Shown: one piece after another, positions 53,755 to 64,000 of the stretch
Layout of the letters: each line of letters starts with the position of its first letter
How positions within the stretch are numbered: the first letter of the stretch is position 1
Source: Balanoglossus misakiensis
Taxonomy: Eukaryota; Animalia; Hemichordata
Direction of reading: 5' to 3'
DNA length: 64,000 nucleotides
NCBI GenBank assembly: GCA_040954595.2
Contig: CM082589.2
Location: 5,887,186-5,951,185, forward strand
Notes under the pieces: generated by a model
What the model was told of the DNA's origin: nothing
What the model saw: the letters and a program-made list of their open reading frames with translations, nothing else
Database searches by the model: none
Translations under genes and position numbers: made by a program

Positions 53755-54044
53755 TTGGTGGGCTGAATCACGCTGACAACCCACCACACAGACTACACTT
53801 ATAGCAGCTAACGTGGAGGCATCGCCGCGCCGTGAAACATACAGCCCTGCCACGCAGAACAACGGCCAAGGTTGAACGTACATAGCGAAACACATTATGG
53901 TCAGACTGACTTCCTGTAATTGCTACAGTGTTGTAAATGGCGATGAAATATGCACTGTTTTTATTTCATGTTATGCAGACTGGGTCATACGTATTAGAGG
54001 AGAACCAATTGGTTTCTTGGGTGGATGAACGCTTGTTGGCATAT

Positions 54045-55861
54045 GTCAAGATTTTTTTATTTTTTGAACGTTTGTGAGTTGTAATCCATGCATATAACAT
54101 GAAAATGGCAAAATGACCAAAATTCAGAATGTCAAGGTTTTGTCATTTTTTGAGCGTTTGTGAGTTGTAATCCATGCATATGACATGAAAATGCCAAAAT
54201 TACCAAAAGTCAAGATTTTGTCATTTATTGAGTGTTTGTGAGTTGTAATCCATGCATATGACATGAAAATGCCAAAATTACCAAAATTCACAAAGTCAAG
54301 ATTTTGTCATTTATTGAGTGTTTGTGAGTTGTAATCCATGCATATGACATGAAAATGCCAAAATTACCAAAATTCACAAAGTCAAGATTTTGTCATTTAT
54401 TGAGTGTTTGTGAGTTGTAATCCATGCAATATGACATGAAAATGCCAAAATGACCAAAAGTCAAGATTTTGTCATTTATTGAGTGTTTGTGAGTTGTAAT
54501 CCATGCAATATGACATGAAAATGCCAAAATGACCAAAAGTCAAGATTTTGTCATTTATTGAGTGTTTGTGAGTTGTAATCCATGCATATGACATGAAAAT
54601 GCCAAAATTACCAAAATTCACAAAGTCAAGATTTTGTCATTTATTGAGTGTTTGTGAGTTGTAATCCATGCATATGACATGAAAATATCAAAATGACCAA
54701 AATTCACAAAGTCAAGGTTTTGTCATTTATTGAGTGTTTGTGAGTTGTAATCCATGCATATGACATGAAAATATCAAAATGACCAAAATTCACAAAGTCA
54801 AGATTTTGTCATTTATTGAGTGTTTGTGAGTTGTAATCCATGCATATGACATGAAAATGCCAAAATGGCCAAAATTCAAAAGTCAAGATTTTGTCATTTA
54901 TTGAGTGTTTGTGAGTTGTAATCCATGCATATGACATGAAAATGCCAAAATGACCAAAATTCACATAGTCAAGATTTTGTCATTTTTTGAGCGTTTGTGA
55001 GTTGTAATGCATGTATATGACATGAAAATGCCAAAATGACCAAAATTCACAAAGTCAAGATTTTGTCATTTATTGAGCGTTTGTGAGTTGTAATCCATGC
55101 ATATGACATGAAAATGCCAAAATGATCAAATTTCACATAGTCAAGATTTTGTAATTTATTGAGTGTTTGTGAGTTGTAATCCATGCATATGACATGAAAA
55201 TATCAAAATGACCAAATTTCACAAAGTCAAGATTTTGTCATTTATTGAGTGTTTGTGAGTTGTAATCCATGCATATGACATGAAAATATCAAAATGACCA
55301 AAATTCACAAATTCAAGATTTTGTCATTTATTGAGTGTTTGTGAGTTGTAATCCATGCAATATGACATGAAAATGCCAAAATGACCAAATTTCATAAAGT
55401 CAAGATTTTGTCATTTATTGAGTGTTTGTGAGTTGTAATCCATGCAATATGACATGAAAATGCCAAAATTACCAAAATTCACAAAGTCAAGATTTTGTCA
55501 TTTATTGAGTGTTTGTGAGTTTTATTGAGTGTTTGTGAGTTGTAATCCATGCAATATGACATGAAAATGCCAAAATGACCAAATTTCACAAAGTCAAGAT
55601 TTTGTCATTTATTGAGCGTTTGTGAGTTGTAATGCATGCATATGACATGAAAATGCCAAAATGACCAAAATTCACAAAGTCAAGATTTTGTCATTTATTG
55701 AGCGTTTGTGAGTTGTAATCCATGCATATGACATGAAAATGCCAAAATGGCCAAAATTCTCAAAGTCATGAAGTTGTCATTTTTTGAGTGTTTGTGAGTT
55801 GTAATGCATGCATATGACATGAAAATGCCAAAATGGCCAAAATTCTAGAAGTCAGGATTTT
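54045..55861 (+). repeat. Satellite A, 86-bp monomer (some ~76 bp), about 21-22 copies
   Basis: gtcaagattttgtcatttattgagtgtttgtgagttgtaatccatgcatatgacatgaaaatgccaaaatgaccaaaattcacaaa, e.g. copies at 54295 and 54381. Confidence 0.97.
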
Positions 55862-57644
55862 GACATTTTTCATGGGTTATAGCTCATGAAAATTGTCAAA
55901 AATGGCAAATTCTTGACTTTGCCAACTTTGGTGATTTTGTCATTTTGGGACATTTTTCATGGGTTATAGCTCATGAAAATTGTCAAAAATGGCAAATTCT
56001 TGACTTTGCCAACTTTGGTGATTTTGTCATTTTGGGACATTTTTCATGGGTTATAGCTCATGAAAATTGTCAAAAATGGCAAATTCTTGACTTTGCCAAC
56101 TTTGGTAATTTTGTCATTTTGGGACATTTTTCATGGGTTATAGCTCATGAAAATCGTCAAAAACGGCAAATTCTTGACTTTGCCAACTTTGGTAATTTTG
56201 TCATTTTGGGAAATTTTTCATGGGTTATAGCTCATGAAAATCGTCAAAAACGGCAAATTCTTGACTTTGCCAACTTTGGTGATTTTGTCATTTTGTGACA
56301 TTTTTCGTGGTTTATAGCTCATGAAAATCGTCAAAAACGGCAAATTCTTGACTTTGCCAACTTTGGTGATTTTGTCATTTTGGGAAATTTTTCATGGGTT
56401 ATAGCTCATGAAAATCGTCAAAAACGGCAAATTCTTGACTTTGCCAACTTTGGTAATTTTGTCATTTTGGGAAATTTTTCATGGGTTATAGCTCATGAAA
56501 ATTGTCAACAATGGCAAATTCTTGACTTTGCCAACTTTGGTGATTTTGTCATTTTGGGACATTTTTCGTGGGTTATAGCGCATGAAAATCGTCAAAAATG
56601 GCAAATTCTTGACTTTGCCAACTTTGGTGATTTTGTCATTTTGGGACATTTTTCGTGGGTTATAGCTTATGAAAATCGTCAAAAACGGCAAATTCTTGAC
56701 TTTGCCAACTTTGGTGATTTTGTCATTTTGGGAAATTTTTCGTGGGTTATAGCGCATGAAAATCGTCAAAAATGGCAAATTCTTGACTGCCAACTTTGGT
56801 GATTTTGTCATTTTGGGACATTTTTCGTGGGTTATAGCGCATGAAAATCGTCAAAAATGGCAAATTCTTGACTTTGCCAACTTTGGTGATTTTGTCATTT
56901 TGGGACATTTTTCGTGGGTTATAGCTCATGAAAATCGTCAAAAACGGCAAATTCTTGACTTTGCCAACTTTGGTGATTTTGTCATTTTGGGACATTTTTC
57001 GTGGGTTATAGCTTATGAAAATCGTCTAAAACGGCAAATTCTTGACTTTGCCAACTTTGGTGATTTTGTCATTTTGGGAAATTTTTCATGGGTTATAGCG
57101 CATGAAAATCGTCAAAAATGGCAAATTCTTGACTGCCAACTTTGGTGATTTTGTCATTTTGGGACATTTTTCGTGGGTTATAGCTCATGAAAATCGTCAA
57201 AAACGGCAAATTCTTGACTTTGCCAACTTTGGTGATTTTGTCATTTTGGGAAATTTTTCGTGGGTTATAGCGCATGAAAATCGTCAAAAATGGCAAATTC
57301 TTGACTTTGCCAACTTTGGTGATTTTGTCATTTTGGGACATTTTTCGTGGGTTATAGCTTATGAAAATCGTCAAAAATGGCAAATTCTTGACTTTGCCAA
57401 CTTTGGTGATTTTGTCATTTTGGGACATTTTTCGTGGGTTATAGCTCATGAAAATCGTCAAAAATGGCAAATTCTTGACTTTGCCAACTTTGGTGATTTT
57501 GTCATTTTGGGACATTTTTCATGGGTTATAGCTCATGAACATTGTCAAAAATGGCAAATTCTTGACTTTGCAAACTTTGGTGATTTTGTCATTTTCAGAC
57601 GCTTTTCATGGGTTATAGCTCATGAAAATTGTCAAATTCTTGAC
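55862..57644 (+). repeat. Satellite B, 87-bp monomer, about 20 copies (inverted relative of A)
   Basis: gacatttttcatgggttatagctcatgaaaattgtcaaaaatggcaaattcttgactttgccaactttggtgattttgtcattttgg. Explains the 29-aa repeating ORFs in the track. Confidence 0.97.
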
Positions 57645-57821
57645 GGTTATCATTCTTTTTGTGTAATTAATATTGTTGTTAAACTTACCCTGATTTTGTT
57701 CTTTGCATTGCAGTGAGTTGCATTAAAGTCAAGGTGAAATCAATTCAATTCTCAGATGATGGTTTGAAAAATCCAAGAGTACTGCTTAAGGTAAGACCAA
57801 ATCAATCTCAATTGGACACAG

Positions 57822-59330
57822 TTTTTTCTTAATGTGAAAGCATAGAGTAAAGCCTGAAAAATTTCTAAGTGTTTTTCTTAATGTGAAAGCATAGAGTAAA
57901 GCCTGAAAATTTTCTAAGTGTTTTTAATATCAAAGTATAGAGTAAAGCCTGAAAAATTTTCTAAGTGTTTTTCTTAATGTGAAAGCATAGAGTAAAGCCT
58001 GAAAAATTTCTAAGTGTTTTTCTTAATGTTTAAGTATAGAGTAAAGCCTGAAAAATTTCTAAGTGTTTTTAATATCAAAGTATAGAGTGAAGCCTGAAAA
58101 ATTTTCTAAGTGTTTTTCTTAATGTGAAAGCATAGAGTAAAGCCTGAAAAATTTCTAAGTGTTTTTAATAAGTATAGAGTGAAGCCTGAAAAATTTCTAA
58201 GTGTTTTTAATAAGTATAGAGTAAAGCCTGAAAAATTTCTAAGTATTTTCCTCATGTAAAAGTGTAGAGTAAGCGCCTTAAAAATTTCGAAGTTTTTTCT
58301 TAATGTGAAAGCATAGAGTAAAGCCTGAAAAATTTCTAAGTGTTTTTCTTAATGTGAAAGCATAGAGTAAAGCCTGAAAATTTTCTAAGTGTTTTTAATA
58401 TCAAAGTATAGAGTAAAGCCTGAAAAATTTTCTAAATGTTTTTCTTAATGTGAAAGCATAGAGTAAAGCCTGAAAAATTTCTAAGTGTTTTTCTTAATGT
58501 GAAAGCATAGAGTAAAGCCTGAAATTTTTCTAAGTGTTTTTAATATCAAAGTATAGAGTGAAGCCTGAAAAATTTTCTAAGTGTTTTTCTTAATGTGAAA
58601 GCATAGAGTTAAGCCTGAAAAATTTCTAAGTGTTTTTAATATCAAAGTATAGAGTGAAGCCTGAAAAATTTTCTAAGTGTTTTTCTTAATGTGAAAGCAT
58701 AGAGTAAAGCCTGAAAAATTTCTAAGTGTTTTTCTTAATGTTTAAGTATAGAGTAAAGCCTGAAAATTTTCTAAGTGTTTTTAATATCAAAGTATAGAGT
58801 GAAGCCTGAAAAATTTTCTAAGTGTTTTTCTTAATGTGAAAGCATAGAGTAAAGCCTGAAAAATTTCTAAGTGTTTTTCTTAATGTTTAAGTATAGAGTG
58901 AAGCCTGAAAAATTTCTAAGTGTTTTTAATAAGTATAGAGTAAAGCCTGAAAAATTTCTAAGTATTTTCCTCATGTGAAAGTGTAGAGTAAGCGCCTTAA
59001 AAATTTCGAAGTTTTTTCTTAATGTGAAAGCATAGAGTAAAGCCTGAAAAATTTCAAAGTGTTTTTCTTAATGTGAAAGCATAGAGTAAAACCTGAAAAA
59101 TTTCTAAGTGTTTTTAATATCAAAGTATAGAGTGAAGCCTGAAAATTTTCTAAGTGTTTTTAATAAGTATAGAGTGAAGCCTGAAAATTTTCTAAGTGTT
59201 TTTAATAAGTATAGAGTGAAGCCTGAAAATTTTCTAAGTGTTTTTAATAAGTATAGAGTGAAGCCTGAAAATTTTCTAAGTGTTTTTAATAAGTATAGAG
59301 TAAAGCCTGAAAAATTTCTAAGTGTTTTTT
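57822..59330 (+). repeat. Satellite C, 42/47/49-bp monomers
   Basis: Core tagagt(a/g)aagcctgaaaa(a/t)tttctaagtgttttt with variable linkers. Confidence 0.97.
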
Positions 59331-59535
59331 TTTTTACAAAAAAGCAGACACCAAGGATTGAAATTTATTGTATTTTATTTCATTTTCATATTTCATATTT
59401 CATATTGAAATTTAACTCGTATTCACTTGTCGTTTCAGGTCTATCTGTTGAATGGTTGATGACCAATCGAAAGAAGTGGAGTCCAGCCGGGATCTGAAAA
59501 GACAAGGCAAGTGTTAGAAAATGCAAGTTATGTAG

Positions 59536-59609
59536 GGGGCATACACAAGTTTCAAAAATTTTCTAAGTCAAAGAAAACTTAGAAAATTTTTGAAACTTGT
59601 ATATGCCCC
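59536..59609. repeat. Hairpin, 33-bp arms (1 mismatch), 8-nt loop
   Basis: ggggcatacacaagtttcaaaaattttctaagt / acttagaaaatttttgaaacttgtatatgcccc. Confidence 0.93.
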
Positions 59610-59750
59610 AACGTGGAGGTATAGACAAATTTCAAATTTTTAGCGTTTCTGACTTAGTTTTTTTTTTTTGGCTTTTTATATGCCATCCCTAGCCCCCACC
59701 CTAACCTCCCCATGGTTGTACAGCAAAGACTAATAAATCTCTAGCACAAC

Positions 59751-59930
59751 TCTTACTTCGGTTGAGCTAAGTTAAATTTTTTTTTTTACAAGTGCATTAT
59801 GGGCATCATAATCTATGCAAGATCTTTTCAGATGCAAAATATTTTTGCATTAGAAAAGATCATGCATAGATTATGATGCCCGTAATGCACTTGTAAAAAA
59901 AAAATTTAACTTAGCTCAATCGAAGTAAGA
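59751..59930. repeat. ~180-bp near-perfect palindrome
   Basis: tcttacttcggttgagctaagttaaa ... tttaacttagctcaatcgaagtaaga, centred on tgcaaaatatttttgca. Confidence 0.95.
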
Positions 59931-60856
59931 CACACACACACAATTACATTGCTAAGTTCTTCTCCTAATCTAATTTTATTTTCGTCCTTAGGTGCAGGGA
60001 AGTTGCCATGGACTCGGTTGTAGACATCAATTAAGAAGATGCAGTTTTGGAATCTATCAAGCATACAATATTTCTAAATTTTAAATCTGTGGATTATACA
60101 TGCACACATTCTGAGTGCCTATTTCTATTTTGTCATTTCATTAAATTTTGAATGTAGTTAAATAGGCAATGACTTATTAATTAAAATTACATTCGTAAGA
60201 GAGAGTGTGTTTTAACTGAAGTTATCTCAAGCAAGACTGTTTACAGGCTCTCAGTTGGAAGTCCGAAATTACGGAACTTTGTTCTGTTCTAATCTGCTAC
60301 TTCAATTGGATCTTTGGAATTTCATGAGTTAAGGGGAACATTTCACCTAGAACCCTTTACTTAGAAAAGTTAATCATGTTTCAAATTTCTAAGTTTTTTT
60401 TAAAACTTAAACTTAGTAAAGGGGAACTCTTTTCAAAAATTTTCTAAGTTTTTTTTAAATTAACACCCTCATTAAATTTTGAATGTACAGTGTCTTTAAG
60501 TAAGCCGAAAAAATAAAACAATGACTTATTTATTAAAACTACATTTGTAAGAGAGTCCTTTTATTGATTTTTAAGTGTTTGTCATTTTAAACTAGAATTT
60601 TTAAATGTTTTTGTACCACAAGCCCCTGTATTAAAAGTTTCTAGGTTATAATACTAAAATAAACTGTTTTGATTTAAACCTATGACCTGAGGTTTCTGAC
60701 AACTGTAATTTTAAATAGAATTTTGTTTCTGTCATCAAAGCTTTTGGTCTTTTATTCTAACTTGTCAGCAGAGTTTATGTGAATAAAGAAAACTTGCATT
60801 ATTGAAGAGAACTTGACTGCTTTCTTTTTGTGGTAACCCCGACATTTTAGTTGTCA

Positions 60857-60938
60857 CAAATTTGCGATTCAAAATGGCCGCCAAATTTGAAATTTAAAAT
60901 GGCCGCCAAATTTGAGATTCAAAATGGCCGCCAAATTT
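60857..60938 (+). repeat. 3x 25-bp tandem repeat carrying YY1-like AAAATGGCCGCC
   Basis: caaatttg(c/a)(g/a)att(c/t)aaaatggccgc repeated three times. Confidence 0.9.
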
Positions 60939-61317
60939 AGTGATGTCCATGACAAAAAGACAGTGAACACCATTTTGTTTGGTTTCAAACTTCAAAAGTT
61001 TCGAGTGACTCATCTGCTTATTTCAAAAACTCCAAACAGCAAACATAATGAACATAAATACCTCAAACTGACATAACTTATATTCTGCTTAATTAGCACA
61101 TGTGAACAAAGTTCCAACAATTATGGTAACCCTAAATCCAGGACCACAGTCTAATTTTATGAGACTTGCTTGAGTTATTTTCTATTATTATCAATCAATA
61201 CAAATTTGCATATTAATTTCATCTTCTAAAATAACTACACTTAATTCATTTTTTATGAATATCAGAAGTTTCTGAATCAATTTTATAATGTTTATCACTA
61301 TCTATATGTTTACCGCA

Positions 61318-61487
61318 TCTGGGGTTGGTCCAAAATAAGATGACCACTGTTACTTCATTTGGCTATCCAGACAACCCTCGCAACAGCCACAGAGATCATT
61401 ACAACCTCTGGGGATGGTCCAAAGAGAGAACCATGCACCAAGACTGTTACTTCATATGGTTATCCAGACAACCTCGCAACAGCCCCG
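61318..61487 (+). repeat. Diverged ~90-bp tandem duplication
   Basis: tctgggg.tggtccaaa...ctgttacttcat.tgg.tatccagacaacc.tcgcaacagcc occurs twice. Confidence 0.8.
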
Positions 61488-62059
61488 GATAGATGCATGC
61501 TGGGCAGTATCAATTAAATTTCCTGGGGTCCCTTATGGTTTCTCCTACAGCTATGAGGGCATTTCCTGCACACACTCACACACACACAATAAAGCAGCAC
61601 TTTAAATCATTTCTCTATTATATTTATTGTTTTATTTATAATGTTCTTTATTAAAGTGACAAAATTGCTCTTTGTTGACCTATTTTGATATGAAGATTTC
61701 CTATGCCGTTTGACTTTTTAACATATGGTCACAAACAAAATTTTCTTTTTTTACATTCAGTAAGAGGTAAAATTTTGACACTTTTTGAAGTTATAATTTG
61801 TCAATATTTTGTACACCAAGAGACTGAAAGTTTTCCACGAATTCTTGATATCGCAGAAAGGTCAAAAAGAGCAACTTTGTACCTTTAATTCTACATAATT
61901 CTGCACCAACATTTTTCATTGTCACTGCAATATATTTGGGTTGTCCATATCCAACTTCTTCGATTTACACATCCGATAAACCGTGTCGAACTAACCTGCA
62001 CTAGCTACTCTTATGGCAAGACAATTAAATATTTCGCGTAGTCATCTGCATACTGACGA

Positions 62060-63716
62060 TTAAGATGATAGGTCACTTTTATGACTCCTATTTGCATGAA
62101 AGGGCTTGTCCTGAGCAACTTTTTTGATGTTGCCCTGAATAATGTGATGGACAACTGCCCCAACTAACAAAAATACACAATTTTATAGCAAGTCCACATG
62201 AACATGATTGTCTGCCATTAATATATCTGACTGACTGACTGACTCTTAATGAGTAACGTACCTTGATTTCCGCCATTGAAGACCACGTGTTCAGTTGCGC
62301 TGGCCAGTTTGAACGGGTCCCACTGAAACAAATGATGAATGACAATAGGTTACACACTATGAAAAACAAATGACAATGCGTTTTATTCATAGAAATGGAA
62401 TAACAATCTGTATTTGCCAAAAATAATAAGCAACACAAGCGACGAATCTTAAAATGAAAGAATGGCGAGTCCGTTTTCGCAGCTTAGAATGGGGTTGGCA
62501 AATTGTCAGTGGGGGTCGTATCAGCTCGGTGTGTGGTCCGTGAACTTTGAAAATAATGACGACAACACTTTCTGAATTTTATCCTGCTTAGCTTATGCCA
62601 TTCCGGTAAATGTTTCGAAAGTCCGGCACTTCCAGTGTCAAAACTCTGCTCAGGACAGGCTTTTGTTAAATATTTTTCTGGGAGAGGGGGTCGTATAAGC
62701 GAAAAAAATATTTGGAAATAATCTTGACAAAACTTCCTAAATTTTATCATGGTTAGCTCATGCCATTCCGATAATTTTTTTCAAAACTCCGCTCAGGAAA
62801 CCAAGTTTCATGAAGGAAAATATACCACTGAAATGAAATTGACGCAAGTCGCTTTTATGAATTTAGAGAAGCATAAACAGCCGCGTTTTGAACTTTTTAT
62901 TTCCAGTAAAGCAAATTGGAACAAAGTGTGTGCACAACTTGGGACATGTAAATTGTCAGTGGGGGTTGTATCCGTAACTTTGAAAATAATCTTGACACCA
63001 ATTCCTAAATTTTATCGTGGTAAAACCATGCCGTTCTGGGAAATTTTTCTAAAGTCCGGAACTTCTAGCGTCAAAACTCCGCTAAGGACAGGCTTTTGTT
63101 ACATTTTTTCTGGGAGAAGGGGTTGTAGTAGCTCAAAATGACAGCCGTAAATTTATTTGGAAATAATCTTGACAAAACTTCCTAAATTTTATCGTGGTTA
63201 GCGTGGTTAGCTCATGCCATGCCGATAAATTTTTCAAAAGTCCGACACTTCAAGGTCAAAACTCCGCTCAGGAAAGGCAAGTTTCATGAAGGAAAATATA
63301 CCACTAAAATGACAGAAATGAAATTGTCTCAAGTCGGTTTTATGAATTTAGAGAAGCATAAAAAGCCGCGTTTTGAACTTGGTATTTTCCAGTCAAGCAA
63401 ATTTGAACAAAGCGTGTGCACAAAATGAATAACGAACAGGTCCGACACTGCATTTCTCCATGCTTGGGCCAAAGACACCCCAACAACGCACGGACACTCA
63501 AATGATGGTTCTGGACAATTTTGCTTGAATTTGACATGGTTCTGTTCACAGAATGATAAAAAAGCCATAACTTACCTCAACTGATAACATTTTCTTCGGG
63601 CAGTACATCAAGTGTGGAATTGGGAAGGCAAAATTGAGTTTTTTTACTGGGAAAGTCAGAGCTAGAAAACGGCGTGGTCTTCGAAAAGTGACTTCAACGG
63701 CCAATTCAATATTCAT
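62060..63716 (-). other. Putative 3-exon transcript / 101-aa orphan ORF (63716-63576, 62322-62262, 62163-62060)
   Basis: Donors GAG|gtaagt and AAG|gtacgt, acceptors tttgtttcag and tttttgttag, phases consistent. Two CCAAT boxes upstream (63858, 63889). No recognisable domain. Confidence 0.3.
62500..63425 (+). repeat. Diverged ~450-480-bp tandem duplication with internal sub-repeats
   Basis: aaattgtcagtggggg at about 62500 and 62950. ctccgctcaggaaa...agtttcatgaaggaaaatataccact...gtgtgcacaa at about 62787 and 63262. Confidence 0.85.
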
Positions 63717-64000
63717 AATTAGTCGCGTAGGCCGATCTATTGATAAACAAATTTTAGCTGGACAGACTGACCATTCACAGAATGGTGATCGGGAATACTG
63801 CAGATAATGATTTGCATAAGAGAACCAGCAGACCAGCTGTGTTCATGCATGAACAAGCCAATCAGGGACTTGCAATCATTCGAATTATCCAATCAGGAAA
63901 AAAGTATGGCAACTGCGAAACGAATTAATGTTACTGTAGAAAATACGAGTAATTTACTGATGATGAGGACTACAGAAAACAAATCCAATATCTCTGTGTC

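Larger units (their letters stand above)
57714..60790 (+). ncRNA. Putative spliced non-coding transcript (exons 57714-57790, 59439-59506, 59992-3' end)
   Basis: Polypyrimidine acceptors (ctttgcattgcag, gtcgtttcag, ttttcgtccttag with a ctaat branch point). Donors AAG|gtaaga and AAG|gcaagt. AATAAA at about 60659 and 60782. No long ORF. Confidence 0.4.

Noticed and set aside
54045-59330. Regular repeats as a CRISPR array
   Set aside because: No unique spacers, monomers are contiguous, eukaryotic context, and no cas genes.
55945-59497. Repeat-peptide ORFs (GHFSWVIAHEN..., MSQNDKITK..., VFNKYRVKPENFLS)
   Set aside because: These are by-products of 87- and 42-bp monomers being multiples of 3. They are interrupted by frameshifts and a stop, and satellite B is open on both strands.
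62060-63716. Minus-strand exons as the missing 5' part of SLC17A9
   Set aside because: No transmembrane segments or SLC17 N-terminal motifs, and the frame ends in a stop.

Overview
Eukaryotic (spliceosomal-intron), AT-rich animal genomic DNA with a mosaic CpG pattern typical of invertebrates; the species cannot be determined from sequence alone. Three minus-strand protein-coding genes lie head-to-tail. (1) The 3' half (5 exons) of an SLC17A9/VNUT-like transporter (50.9-52.5 kb). (2) A complete 3-exon family-B (Methuselah/adhesion-like) GPCR with an N-terminal somatomedin-B-like module (47.4-50.2 kb, about 776 aa). (3) The 5' end of a TRPN/NOMPC mechanosensitive channel (probable exon 1 at 44.4-44.6 kb, exons at 15.5-15.7 and 15.25-15.36 kb), which continues past the left edge. 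The very large TRPN introns carry about 15 RFX X-box-like motifs, candidate internal promoters, a sharp CpG boundary at about 14.3 kb and a 19-nt inverted repeat near the two ends of the 28.7-kb intron. A consensus CTCF motif sits between the GPCR and TRPN. From about 52.6 kb to the right edge, the SLC17A9 intron holds an >11-kb composite repeat block. It contains a CAC..GTG foldback element flanked by a ~110-bp direct duplication, two related satellites in opposite orientation, a third satellite, long palindromes and two convergent sets of splice signals. Almost all ORFs in the six-frame track are spurious. All motif counts and alignments were done by eye.
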